A stretch of 45,946 bases of DNA from Candidatus Omnitrophota bacterium (GCA_023819665.1 JAMWCP010000001.1:1-45946); one strand, 5' to 3'. Shown: positions 1 through 9,489, counted from the first letter of the stretch. The notes: generated from the sequence alone by a model not told the origin. Numbers and translations are program-made.

Positions 1-1206
1 GCAGCACATACTCCGAATATGGATAATTTAGCTAAAAAAGGAAAGACCGGTTTAGTTTTTCCTGTGACTGAAGGAATTGCTCCAGAATCAGATATTGCAG
101 TGATTTCTCTTTTAGGTTATGATGCCCATAAGTATTATACGGGAAGAGGACCTTTAGAGTGTTTTGCTGAAGGGTTAACGGTAAATGACGGAGATCTTGC
201 TTTAAGAGTGAACTTTGCTACTGTGGCTGAAGATGGAAAAACTATTTTGGATAGACGTGTAGGAAGGAATTTAACTACCGAGGAGGCACTTGCTTTGGCG
301 AAAGAAATTAATAGTAAAGTAAAGTTATCAAAAGGTGCAACTTTTGAGTTTAAAAATACAATTGGTCATAGAGGAGTTTTGGTTATAAGATATAAAGATA
401 AAAAACTTTCTGCCGGGATCACAAATACCGATCCTGCTTATGGAAGGGAAGGTGTTTTTGGAGTGGCTAAAGAAAAATTTGAAAATATAGTAGCAGAATC
501 TGTCCCTATGACAGGATATGAAAAGGATGATGATGTAAAATTATCTGCCTCTCTTCTTAATGAATTTACTTTAAAATCCCATCAAATTTTAAAAGAATCT
601 AGTATAAATAAGAAAAGGGTTTTGGAGAATAAATTACCTGCTAATGTAATTTTAGCCAGAGATGCCGGCGACCATCTGCCAAAATTCCCCTTTCTAAGGG
701 AATTATATGGGATAAATTTTGGTTCCTTTGTGCAGATGCCTGTAGAAAGAGGAATTGCTCTTTTGTGTGGGATAGAGATTGTAGAGGTTCCTCAGGCCAC
801 TGGACATTTAGATGTAGATTATCCTATCTGGGTAAAACTTGCTTTAGAATCAATAAAAAAGTACGATGGCCTTTATATTCATATTAAAGGCCCCGATGAA
901 CCTGCACATGATGGAGATTATTTAAAGAAAAAAGAAGTTATTGAAGCAATTGACCGTTTCTTTTTTGCAAAACTTTTATCTAAGTTGAATCTTGAGGAAA
1001 TAGTAGTGGCAATAACCAGCGATCATTCTACAGTTTGTAAAGCTAAGGCACATACCGCCGATCCTGTACCTCTTTTACTCTGTGGAGGGGGTATACTTTC
1101 TGATGGTTCGTCATACTTTTCGGAAAAAACCGCCTCTCAAGGTAAGTTAGGTAAACTTAAGGGTCAAGAGATTATGCCCCTTCTGGTAAAATCCGCCAGG
1201 GAATAA
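1..1206 (+). CDS. apgM: 2,3-bisphosphoglycerate-independent phosphoglycerate mutase, archaeal-type (ApgM), 5'-truncated by the window edge
   Basis: The frame is open from nt 1 (AAHTPNMDNLAKKG...). TPNMD..LA..G is the conserved ApgM N-proximal motif, so the true start lies upstream. The C-terminal ITSDHSTVCKAKAHTADPVPLL block is typical of the metalloenzyme phosphoglycerate mutase family. Confidence 0.85.
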   Translation, partial: AAHTPNMDNLAKKGKTGLVFPVTEGIAPESDIAVISLLGYDAHKYYTGRGPLECFAEGLTVNDGDLALRVNFATVAEDGKTILDRRVGRNLTTEEALALAKEINSKVKLSKGATFEFKNTIGHRGVLVIRYKDKKLSAGITNTDPAYGREGVFGVAKEKFENIVAESVPMTGYEKDDDVKLSASLLNEFTLKSHQILKESSINKKRVLENKLPANVILARDAGDHLPKFPFLRELYGINFGSFVQMPVERGIALLCGIEIVEVPQATGHLDVDYPIWVKLALESIKKYDGLYIHIKGPDEPAHDGDYLKKKEVIEAIDRFFFAKLLSKLNLEEIVVAITSDHSTVCKAKAHTADPVPLLLCGGGILSDGSSYFSEKTASQGKLGKLKGQEIMPLLVKSARE

Positions 1207-1243
1207 TATAATAATTTTGTCTTTTTGTTAACTAATTTATAAG

Positions 1244-3112
1244 ATGGTAGATTATGATGTGATTGTAATTGGTGCCGGTCATGCAGGAATCGAGGCGAGT
1301 CTGGCTACTGCTCGAATGGGCTGTAATACACTTCTTATTACTTTAAAAAAAGATACTATCGCTCAGATGAGTTGTAATCCGGCTATCGGTGGTGTGGGAA
1401 AAGGTCAACTTGTAAAAGAGATTGATGCTTTGGGTGGCCAGATGGCTAAAGCTTCGGATGCTTGTGGAATTCAGTTTAGAGTTCTTAATGCTTCAAAAGG
1501 TCCCGCCGTTTGGTCTTTGCGAGCCCAGATCGATATGGAACTTTATAAAAAATATATGCGCGAAGTCTTAGAGAATCAATCTAATCTTACTATAAAAGAG
1601 GCAGAGGTAGAAAGATTAATAATTAAGAATAATCAGGTAGGGGGGATAATTACCACGAACAAAGATAAGATAGAGTGTTTATGTGTAGTTATCTGTCCGG
1701 GAACATTTTTAGATGGTTTAATCCATATAGGCTTAAGAAATTTTAGGGGAGGTAGAATTGGTGAATCTGCCTCTATCGGTTTAGCAGAGAACTTAAAAGA
1801 GTTGGGTTTTAAAATTTTAAGATTTAAAACTGGAACCTGTCCGCGTTTAGATAAAAATACAATCGATTATTCATCTCTTAAAATTCAAGAGGGAGATCAA
1901 CCTCCAAATCCATTTTCTTTTTCCACGAAGGAATTAACTCAGAAACAGGTTCCTTGTTATATAACCTATACTAATGAAAAAACACATAAGATTATCCTAG
2001 ATAATTTAGATAAATCTCCTCTTTATACTGGAATTATTAAAGCAACGGGAGTAAGGTATTGTCCTTCAATTGAAGATAAGGTTGTAAAGTTTAAGGAGAA
2101 AGATAAACATCAGATCTTTTTGGAACCAATGGGGTATAATACTGATGAGGTCTACCCTAATGGTTTATCTACGAGTTTGCCTGAGGAGGTGCAGTTAAAA
2201 TTTCTTCATTCTATTAAAGGGTTAGAAGGGGCAAGAGTAGTTCGTTTTGGTTATGGTATAGAACATACGGTAGTTGAACCCACACAACTCTATCCAACTC
2301 TGGAGACAAAATTGATTAAGAATTTATTTTTAGCCGGGCAGATAAATGGGACTACGGGATATGAGGAAGCGGCAGCACAAGGTCTGATTGCTGGGATCAA
2401 TGCCGCCTTAAAGGTAAAGAATAAAGAGGCACTGATTTTAGATCGAACAAGTAGCTATATTGGGGTTTTAATTGATGATTTAACCACTAAAGGAACGAAC
2501 GAGCCTTATCGGATGTTTACCTCACGCGTTGAATATAGACTTATCCTACGGCAGGACAATGCGGATTTGAGATTAAGAGAAATTGGCTATAAAGTAGGAT
2601 TAGTATCTAAAGAGGATTATGAAGAGACTAAGTCAAAGCAAGAAAGAATAGATAAAGCAAGACAGTTAATAAAAAGTACAATAATAAAACCTCACCCTAA
2701 AGTAAATAATTTTCTTAAAAAGCTGAATACACCCTCTTTAAATAATCCTATTTCTCTGGAAAAACTTTTGAGACGCCCCCAGCTGCATTTGAGGGATTTT
2801 AAAAATATTGAAGGGTTAAACTTAGAGAGTTTTATTTTTGATTTACCTCAGGTAGAAATTGAGGTAAAATATGCAGGATTCATCCAGAAACAGCTGAAAG
2901 AGGTAGAGAGATTTAGGAGCCTGGAGAAGATAAAGGTGCCTGCCGATTTAGATTATAATAAGATTTCAGGGCTTTCTCGAGAGATAAAAGAAAAGCTTAT
3001 GCATTTTAAACCTCTTAATTTAGGTCAGGCCAGTCGTATCTCGGGGGTAACTCCTGCAGCAATATCCATTCTTTTGGTTTATTTAAAAAAAAAGATAGAT
3101 GCTAAAAAATAA
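1244..3112 (+). CDS. mnmG: tRNA uridine-5-carboxymethylaminomethyl(34) synthesis enzyme MnmG/GidA
   Basis: It has an N-terminal FAD-binding motif (YDVIVIGAGHAGIEA), then MSCNPAIGG.GKG.LV.EIDALGG, a GTCPRL motif and a C-terminal GQASRISGVTPAAIS block. The length of 622 aa is typical. Confidence 0.95.
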   Translation: MVDYDVIVIGAGHAGIEASLATARMGCNTLLITLKKDTIAQMSCNPAIGGVGKGQLVKEIDALGGQMAKASDACGIQFRVLNASKGPAVWSLRAQIDMELYKKYMREVLENQSNLTIKEAEVERLIIKNNQVGGIITTNKDKIECLCVVICPGTFLDGLIHIGLRNFRGGRIGESASIGLAENLKELGFKILRFKTGTCPRLDKNTIDYSSLKIQEGDQPPNPFSFSTKELTQKQVPCYITYTNEKTHKIILDNLDKSPLYTGIIKATGVRYCPSIEDKVVKFKEKDKHQIFLEPMGYNTDEVYPNGLSTSLPEEVQLKFLHSIKGLEGARVVRFGYGIEHTVVEPTQLYPTLETKLIKNLFLAGQINGTTGYEEAAAQGLIAGINAALKVKNKEALILDRTSSYIGVLIDDLTTKGTNEPYRMFTSRVEYRLILRQDNADLRLREIGYKVGLVSKEDYEETKSKQERIDKARQLIKSTIIKPHPKVNNFLKKLNTPSLNNPISLEKLLRRPQLHLRDFKNIEGLNLESFIFDLPQVEIEVKYAGFIQKQLKEVERFRSLEKIKVPADLDYNKISGLSREIKEKLMHFKPLNLGQASRISGVTPAAISILLVYLKKKIDAKK

Positions 3113-3794
3113 GAATTATCTTAGATTGGAGAAATTAATTAAAGAGTTGGGGCTCGATCTCTTCGGGGTAGCTGATATCAACCCGATAAAAAATGAATTT
3201 TTTATTTCTGATAAAATCCTAAAAAAAATAGATAAGGCTGTCTCTTTGGGAGTAAGGCTTTCTTCAGGGATTTTAGAAGAAGTTGAAGATAAGCCCACGC
3301 GGTTATATTTTCATCATTATCGCACCGTAAATAACTTTTTAGATCAAATGGCATTTAAAATCAGTAGTTTTATTCAGGAGAAAGGTTCTATTGCTATACC
3401 CATACCTGCTTCACAGATTGTTGACTGGCAGAATCAGAAGGCACATCTCTCTCATAAAAAAATCGGATTTTTAGCCGGTCTGGGTTGGATAGGGAGGAAT
3501 AATCTTTTAGTAAATAAAAAATTTGGTTGTCAGTTTCGTTTAGTTTCTATTCTTACGGACATGCCTTTAAAGACAGATTCTCCTGTAGTTCAGGATTGCG
3601 GAAACTGCCGGTTATGTATAGAGGTCTGTCCGGTTAAGGCGATAAAGGAAGAGTCTAAAGATTTCGATCATCTAAAGTGTTTTGAAAAATTAAAGGAGTT
3701 TCAAAAACAGAGGTTAGTTGATCAGTATATCTGTGGGATATGTGTTAAGGTATGCAAAGGGAGAGAGGGTGTTAGAGAGAGGCGCTATTTTTAA
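3099..3794 (+). CDS. QueG-family (epoxyqueuosine reductase-like) 4Fe-4S protein, short form
   Basis: It has a DUF1730-like N-terminus (LGLDLFGVADINP), a GLGWIGRNNLLVN block, and two ferredoxin-type cluster motifs (CGNCRLCIEVCP and CGICVKVC). At 231 aa it is shorter than canonical QueG, with no C-terminal HEAT-like region, so the exact activity is uncertain. It overlaps mnmG by 14 nt. Confidence 0.6.
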   Translation: MLKNKNYLRLEKLIKELGLDLFGVADINPIKNEFFISDKILKKIDKAVSLGVRLSSGILEEVEDKPTRLYFHHYRTVNNFLDQMAFKISSFIQEKGSIAIPIPASQIVDWQNQKAHLSHKKIGFLAGLGWIGRNNLLVNKKFGCQFRLVSILTDMPLKTDSPVVQDCGNCRLCIEVCPVKAIKEESKDFDHLKCFEKLKEFQKQRLVDQYICGICVKVCKGREGVRERRYF

Positions 3795-3878
3795 GATAAA
3801 CATAGTTATATTTTTTAACAATTATAAGTAATAAAACTTATGTTTGATGAGGGGGATTTTCAATTCTGGTACCACCAC

Positions 3879-3910
3879 TTGAAGAGCGAAAAGCACCTTC
3901 GATTTTTTTT
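3879..3910 (+). terminator. possible weak intrinsic terminator downstream of the queG-like gene
   Basis: An imperfect hairpin pairs TTGAAG (3879-3884) with CTTCGA (3897-3902), including one G-U pair. An inner GC/GC pair is possible. The hairpin is followed directly by T8 (3903-3910). The stem is short and AT-rich, so this is tentative. Confidence 0.3.
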
Positions 3911-4075
3911 AAAGTTAGTTTAGAAGAAGAATTACGTTGGGACGATAATGCGAATCGTTTCTATCGTCATGAGGATTTAGGTTTCTTATTCAATTGAGAG
4001 AGAGACGGTTTTGTATTTGGCTATAGATGAGATCTATTCCTTGACCCCCAAGGAAAGCGTGATATTATATTAAAG

Positions 4076-4819
4076 ATGAAAGAGAGAATTATTTTTTGGA
4101 TAAAGGAATACGTAAAGAAAAGTAGAGCTAAAGGTGTAGTTTTAGGTTTAAGTGGTGGTTTAGATTCTTCCGTTGTAGGTGTACTTTGTAGAAAAGCTCT
4201 AGGGAGAAATAAAGTTTTAGCTTTGATTTTACCCTGCCATAGCGAGAAAAAAGATATAAAAGATGCTTTATTTTTAGCTAAAAGGTTTGATATAAATACA
4301 AGGTTAATTGATCTTTCAGGGATATACGATAACTTTATTAAACTTTTACCTTGCGCAGATAAAATTACTCTTGCCAATCTGAAAGTGCGTTTAAGAATGG
4401 TAGTTTTATATTATTTTGCTAATAAACTTAATTATCTTGTCTGTGGGACGTCTAATAAATCAGAACTTATGACCGGCTACTTTACTAAATTCGGTGATGG
4501 TGCAAGCGATATGTTGCCTATCGGAGATTTGCTGAAAAGTCAAGTGAAGGAGTTGGCTAAAGAATTAAATATTCCGCAGGCAATTATTGATAAGATTCCT
4601 TCGGCAGGACTGTGGTTAGGCCAAACTGATGAGAAGGAGTTAGGTGTAAGCTATCACGAGTTAGATATGATATTGGAAAAATTAGAGAGAAAAAAAAGAC
4701 CACTTTTGCCCAAGGATAAGGTGGATAAGGTGAAAGAAAAGATTAGGTTTTCTGAACATAAAAGAAGATTGCCTGAAATCTGTTTTATAAAAAAGTGGAG
4801 GTGGAATAAAGATGGATGA
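4076..4819 (+). CDS. nadE: ammonia-dependent NAD+ synthetase
   Basis: It carries the PP-loop motif GLSGGLDSSV and later YFTKFGDGASD and GLW.GQTDE.ELG..Y..LD blocks. At 247 aa it has no glutaminase domain. Confidence 0.9.
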   Translation: MKERIIFWIKEYVKKSRAKGVVLGLSGGLDSSVVGVLCRKALGRNKVLALILPCHSEKKDIKDALFLAKRFDINTRLIDLSGIYDNFIKLLPCADKITLANLKVRLRMVVLYYFANKLNYLVCGTSNKSELMTGYFTKFGDGASDMLPIGDLLKSQVKELAKELNIPQAIIDKIPSAGLWLGQTDEKELGVSYHELDMILEKLERKKRPLLPKDKVDKVKEKIRFSEHKRRLPEICFIKKWRWNKDG

Positions 4820-5300
4820 GATACTGGAGATTCTAGAAAAAGATGCACGGATAACGCCCGATGAGATTGCTAAGATGCTTAAAAAAAGTCCTCAGAGAAT
4901 AAGAGAAGTGATAAAAAAATACGAAAAGGAAGGAGTAATTTTAAAATACAAAACAGTCATCAATAAAAATCTACTTAAGGGCATAAATACAGAGGAGGTT
5001 TGGGCTTTAATTGAAGTAAATGTTGCTCCCCAAAAAGATGTAGGTTTTGATAAGATTGCAGAAAGAATATATTCTTTTCCTGAAGTAGTAAGTTGTTATC
5101 TTGTGTCAGGTACTTATGATTTACTTTTAGTCGTAAAAGGAAAAGATCTTCATACCGTAGCGAGTTTTGTAGCTGAGAAATTGGCGCCTTTAGAGAATGT
5201 TAAAGGAACCACTACACACTTTCTTTTAAAGAAATATAAGGAAGACGGGATAATTTTAAAACATAAAGAAGATGATAAAAGAATAGCTATTTCTTACTAA
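4812..5300 (+). CDS. Lrp/AsnC family transcriptional regulator
   Basis: It has an N-terminal helix-turn-helix (ILEKDARITPDEIAKMLKKSPQRIREVIKKYEKEGVI) and a C-terminal RAM/ACT-like domain (VSCYLVSGTYDLLLVV). It overlaps nadE by 8 nt and precedes an aminotransferase, a common pairing. Confidence 0.85.
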   Translation: MDEILEILEKDARITPDEIAKMLKKSPQRIREVIKKYEKEGVILKYKTVINKNLLKGINTEEVWALIEVNVAPQKDVGFDKIAERIYSFPEVVSCYLVSGTYDLLLVVKGKDLHTVASFVAEKLAPLENVKGTTTHFLLKKYKEDGIILKHKEDDKRIAISY

Positions 5301-5333
5301 GTTGGAGATATTTAAAAGAAAATTAGGAATTAG

Positions 5334-6482
5334 ATGAGAGAGTTTGTTTCTAAAAAAGTAAAAGATATACAACCTTCGGGCATAAGAAAATTTTTTGATT
5401 TGGTTTTAGGGATGGAGGATGTGATTTCTTTAGGTGTGGGTGAACCAGATTTTATCACACCCTGGGTGATCAGAGAAGCGGGTATATATTCCTTAGAACA
5501 GGGCTTTACTTCTTATACCTCTAATAAAGGGCTCTATAAGTTGAGACTTTCTATCAGTCGGTTTTTAAAAAGTAGATATAATCTAGAATATTCTGCTGAT
5601 GATGAAATTTTGGTCACTGTGGGAGTGAGCGAAGGATTAGATCTGGCTTTAAGAGCAATTTTGGAGCCCCAAGATAAAGTTTTGATTCCTTCTCCTGCAT
5701 ATGTTTCCTATGGACCAATTACAGAATTAGCAGGCGGTATTCCTGTTTATATCGATACCAGATCAACAGCTTTTAAGCTTACACCCGCTTTATTAAAAAA
5801 GTATATAGATAAAAAAACTAAGGCAATTATTTTAAATTATCCTCATAACCCTACAGGAATCTCTTATAGGAAGGAGGAGCTAGAGGAGTTAAAAAAAATT
5901 ATATTAGAGAACAAACTTCTCTGTATTTCTGATGAGATATATGGAGAGTTAACTTACGACTTTGAACATACTCCTTTTTCAACTTTGAAAGGAACAAAAG
6001 ATTTTACTTTATATCTTAACGGATTTTCTAAAGCCTATGCGATGACAGGTTGGAGAATAGGATTTATCTGTGGTCCAGAAGCGATTATTTCTGCAATGAC
6101 CAAGATCCATCAGTATACCATTATGTGTGTTCCAATTACCAGTCAAATGGCGGCTTGCGAAGCACTCCATGGAGGAAAACCTTATGTAGAGGAGATGAAG
6201 AAAGAATACCGAAGAAGGCTTCAGTATGTATTAGAAAGATTGAGGAATATAGATCTGGAATATGTAGAACCGCAGGGTGCCTTTTATGTATTTGTTTCGG
6301 TAAAAAAAACTGGCTTATCAGGAATGGAGCTTGCCTCCCGACTTCTTAAGAAGGAAAAGGTAGCGGTGGTCCCAGGAGATGCCTTTGGAAAGCAATACTT
6401 AGATTATATTCGTATTTCTTATGCTACAAGTTTTGAAAATTTAAAGGAGGCATTTGATAGAATAGAAAATTTCTTAAAATAG
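5334..6482 (+). CDS. pyridoxal-phosphate-dependent aminotransferase, class I (aspartate/aromatic-type)
   Basis: It has LGVGEPDF, NYPHNPTG, and the PLP-lysine context SKAYAMTGWRIG, with a C-terminal RISYA block. Substrate specificity cannot be read from the sequence. Confidence 0.85.
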   Translation: MREFVSKKVKDIQPSGIRKFFDLVLGMEDVISLGVGEPDFITPWVIREAGIYSLEQGFTSYTSNKGLYKLRLSISRFLKSRYNLEYSADDEILVTVGVSEGLDLALRAILEPQDKVLIPSPAYVSYGPITELAGGIPVYIDTRSTAFKLTPALLKKYIDKKTKAIILNYPHNPTGISYRKEELEELKKIILENKLLCISDEIYGELTYDFEHTPFSTLKGTKDFTLYLNGFSKAYAMTGWRIGFICGPEAIISAMTKIHQYTIMCVPITSQMAACEALHGGKPYVEEMKKEYRRRLQYVLERLRNIDLEYVEPQGAFYVFVSVKKTGLSGMELASRLLKKEKVAVVPGDAFGKQYLDYIRISYATSFENLKEAFDRIENFLK

Positions 6483-6495
6483 GAGAGGAGGGGAA

Positions 6496-7827
6496 ATGCC
6501 TAAAAGAACAAAGCAGGAGATCTTAAAATTGGTAAAGGAGAAAAAGGTGCGTTTTGTTAGACTTTGGTTTACAGATGTTTTAGGATTTTTGAAAGGATTT
6601 GCTATAACGGTGGATGAGTTAGAGAAGGCATTAGAAGAGGGAATGGGATTTGATGGTTCTTCCATTGAAGGGTTTGCTAGGATTGAAGAGTCAGATATGG
6701 TGGCTAGACCCGATCCGGATACATTTGCAATTTTACCCTGGCCTAAAAACGAAGATTTTAATGTGGCAAGAATGTTCTGTGATATCTATGAAGCAAATGG
6801 AAAACCATTTTCTGGAGATCCACGTTTTGTACTGAAGCGCAATTTAGAAAAGGCAAAACAGATGGGGTTTACTTATTACCTTGGTCCGGAATTAGAATAT
6901 TTTTATTTCAAAGATAGTTCCTTTCCTCAACCATTGGATAAAGGTGGATACTTTGATTTAGTTCCCCTCGATGTAGCTCAAGATCTTAGACGCGATACAA
7001 TTCTTGCTTTAGAAGCATTGGGCATAAAAGTAGAGTATGCTCATCATGAAGTGGCTTCTAGTCAACATGAGATTGATCTGCGTTATACTGATGCTTTAAA
7101 CATGGCAGATAATGTAATGACTTATAAGTTAGTAGTAAAAGAGATAGCACGTCAGCATGGTGTGTACGCTACTTTTATGCCTAAACCCATATTTGGAATA
7201 AATGGTTCAGGGATGCATATTCATCAGTCTCTTTTTAAAGAAGAGAAGAATACTTTCTTTGATTCAAAAAATAAATATCATCTTTCCGATATTGCTAAAT
7301 ATTTTATCGCCGGATTATTAAAACATGCGCCTGAGATCACCTCTATTACTAATCAATGGGTGAACTCTTATAAAAGACTTGTCCCCGGTTATGAGGCACC
7401 CGTTTATATATGTTGGGCACAGATGAATCGTTCTGCTTTAATCAGAGTGCCAATGTATAAACCAGGCAAAGAGAAATCTACTCGGATTGAATACCGCTCG
7501 CCGGATCCTACCTGCAATCCTTATCTGGCATTTTCCGTAATGTTGGCAGCTGGTTTGGAAGGGATAAAGAGGAAATATAATCTACCTGAACCTGCCAGTG
7601 ATAATATATACCGCATGACTGATGAGGAAAGAAAGGCTCTAAATATAGATTCTTTACCTGCCGATCTTTATGAGGCGATTAAACTTACCGAGAAAAGTGA
7701 GTTGGTAAAGAATTGTTTAGGAGAAAAGCTCTTTGAATACTTTATACGCAACAAGAAGCTAGAATGGGATGAATATAGGGCACAAGTAACTCAGTATGAA
7801 ATAGATAAGTATCTTCCTATATTATAA
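6496..7827 (+). CDS. glnA: glutamine synthetase type I
   Basis: It has FTDVLG..K, DGSSIEGF, EVASSQHEID, NGSGMHIHQSL, and NSYKRLVPGYEAP blocks. The length of 443 aa fits GSI-alpha-like enzymes. Confidence 0.95.
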   Translation: MPKRTKQEILKLVKEKKVRFVRLWFTDVLGFLKGFAITVDELEKALEEGMGFDGSSIEGFARIEESDMVARPDPDTFAILPWPKNEDFNVARMFCDIYEANGKPFSGDPRFVLKRNLEKAKQMGFTYYLGPELEYFYFKDSSFPQPLDKGGYFDLVPLDVAQDLRRDTILALEALGIKVEYAHHEVASSQHEIDLRYTDALNMADNVMTYKLVVKEIARQHGVYATFMPKPIFGINGSGMHIHQSLFKEEKNTFFDSKNKYHLSDIAKYFIAGLLKHAPEITSITNQWVNSYKRLVPGYEAPVYICWAQMNRSALIRVPMYKPGKEKSTRIEYRSPDPTCNPYLAFSVMLAAGLEGIKRKYNLPEPASDNIYRMTDEERKALNIDSLPADLYEAIKLTEKSELVKNCLGEKLFEYFIRNKKLEWDEYRAQVTQYEIDKYLPIL

Positions 7828-8119
7828 ATCTTTTTTAAAAATGTTTAGGGGGGTAATTATTATGGCGCAGAATAAAAGATAAAAGTAAGTGATTTATTAC
7901 TTCACTTTTAGATGGGATCTCAATTTATCCTTCCGTTGTAAAAACAATTTCCGGTGCTGCGAGGTAGGAATGTTTGCCTTTTTTATTCTTTTGTAATCTC
8001 ATGCTTTGTCAACGATGAGGTTAGAATTTTAGGATTTTAGATGTTTTAAATAGAAGGAAGTTATAATCCTTTCAAAAATGAGAGGGGTATTTTTATAGAA
8101 TCAAAAAAAATGCGAGAGG

Positions 8120-9406
8120 TTAAAGGTTAGATGAGAGCCACTGCTTGTAATATCGGGCAATACTATTTTGTGGATTATGTTGTAGTATCTCTTCACATAT
8201 CTTGAGTGCTTCGTGGGTTTCCCTTTTTTTAAGATACCAGTTTATAATGGGAGAGACAAGGGTATTGTTGTCGCAATAATTAGAGGCGATCAATGCTTTT
8301 AGATAGCACTCCTTAGCCATTGTATCATTCCCCAACTCCACATATATATGACCAAGATGGACTAATTCAAAGGGATAATTCTCGTCGTTTTTATTTTCTT
8401 CGATTCTTTTCTGTTGAAGATTAATTATGTATTCTATCTCTTTGACATCTTTGTAGAAATCCGTATCTTTAATCTTTTCTAAAAGTGGATTTAACTTCAT
8501 ACCCAATTGTTCCTGATTAAAAAAGAGATAATTATAAAGTTGTTCTGCAAAAAATTTATAGCCCAAGCGATTAAGATGAGAGAGATCTGGCGAAAGGAAT
8601 CTTGATTTATCCTCGGCTTTAAATAACAGATTGAAATCTGCCGTAAAATCTATGTAGGTAATACTATATCTATCGGCAAACTCTTTTATTATTGTATCTG
8701 AACTATTATAATAAGAAAGTATTACCAGTTTTGCGCTTTTATCAGCGCAGAGTTTCCTTATAGCTTGCAGATACAAATTCATATATTCAGCATAGCTTTT
8801 CTCATTTAATATATGGATTCTATCGTCAGAGGTATCTTTTTTAAATAGATATTTAAATAAAAGTCTTAAGAATTTAAAACTCCTTAAGGCTTGGAGGTGG
8901 GATTTAATACAACCCAAAATATAAGTTTTCTCTTTAGAGATTCGATTGACTTCAAGGGCATTATTTCTTCCTGTAAGTAAAATAATCAATTTCGCATCGT
9001 GTGTATTAAGGAATGACCTTAACTCTTTAAACTGGTATCTTGTGCTTGCGCCGGGAATGCCCAGATTAACCACTGAGAATTTTTGATTAGGATTATTAAG
9101 ATTTAATAATTTCTCTAACTGCGCCGGATAACTGTATACCACGGAGGTACCTACGCCAAAGGTATGGGAATCACCCACACAGACGATGCGGATTGTTTCA
9201 GGTATATCGCTTTTGGTTGTTCTTTGCCACAAGAGATATCTCCCCCAAAGAAACAATAATGCTTCTAGCATAACAAGAGCAACCACACCAATAACAACGA
9301 GATAGAGATATTTTTTGGCAAAGGTTGTTTTTATTTTCTGCACAAAAATTATTTTAACAACAAAACCAGATTTTGCAAGCTTAGTTATTTTTAATAAGTG
9401 TAGCAC
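8120..9406 (-). CDS. membrane-anchored SGNH/GDSL hydrolase with C-terminal TPR-like repeats
   Basis: An N-terminal TM helix (YLYLVVIGVVALVMLEALLF) is followed by GDSL block I (IVCVGDSHTFGVG), a block III-like LTGRNN, and a C-terminal TPR-like helix pair (HLGHIYVELGNDTMAKECYLKALI...HEALKICEEILQHNP). The start is uncertain: GTG at 9406, or an internal GTG at 9343 giving (M)QKIKTTFAKK. This is the only minus-strand gene in the window. Confidence 0.7.
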   Translation of the reverse strand: MLHLLKITKLAKSGFVVKIIFVQKIKTTFAKKYLYLVVIGVVALVMLEALLFLWGRYLLWQRTTKSDIPETIRIVCVGDSHTFGVGTSVVYSYPAQLEKLLNLNNPNQKFSVVNLGIPGASTRYQFKELRSFLNTHDAKLIILLTGRNNALEVNRISKEKTYILGCIKSHLQALRSFKFLRLLFKYLFKKDTSDDRIHILNEKSYAEYMNLYLQAIRKLCADKSAKLVILSYYNSSDTIIKEFADRYSITYIDFTADFNLLFKAEDKSRFLSPDLSHLNRLGYKFFAEQLYNYLFFNQEQLGMKLNPLLEKIKDTDFYKDVKEIEYIINLQQKRIEENKNDENYPFELVHLGHIYVELGNDTMAKECYLKALIASNYCDNNTLVSPIINWYLKKRETHEALKICEEILQHNPQNSIARYYKQWLSSNL

Positions 9407-9460
9407 AAATGGAAAATTAGCCAGTTTCGAGTTTTTCTTGTTATTCTTTACTTATTTTTC

Positions 9461-9489
9461 TTGACGGCATATTTATATTATGTTATAGT
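9461..9489 (+). promoter_or_regulatory. sigma-70-like promoter for the ompA-like gene and downstream array
   Basis: The -35 is TTGACG (9461-9466), followed by a 17-nt spacer and the -10 TATAGT (9484-9489). A strong SD (GAGGAGG, 9505-9511) sits 7 nt before the ATG at 9519. It lies in a 112-nt divergent intergenic region. Confidence 0.5.

Noticed and set aside
3930-4060. A NAD+ riboswitch (nadA or pnuC motif) upstream of nadE.
   Set aside because: The functional context is attractive, but I could not identify the conserved bulge or stem sequences of either class from memory. Only generic short hairpins are present. The region is kept as a low-interest finding needing an Rfam scan.
3840-4073. 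One reading frame across the queG-like/nadE gap has only two internal TAG stops. It begins with a 27-codon ORF (MFDEGDFQFWYHHLKSEKHLRFFLKLV). This could be a decayed gene or a micropeptide.
   Set aside because: There is no SD before the ATG and no recognisable protein motif. Two stops in 78 codons is not clearly fewer than chance, so I cannot support a pseudogene or small-protein call.
6050-6349. A 99-aa + strand ORF in an alternative frame inside the aminotransferase gene. Similar alternative-frame ORFs occur at 6650-6835 and 12210-12437.
   Set aside because: These overlap well-supported conserved genes. Their Cys/Arg-rich or otherwise odd composition has no motifs, so they are ordinary off-frame ORFs.
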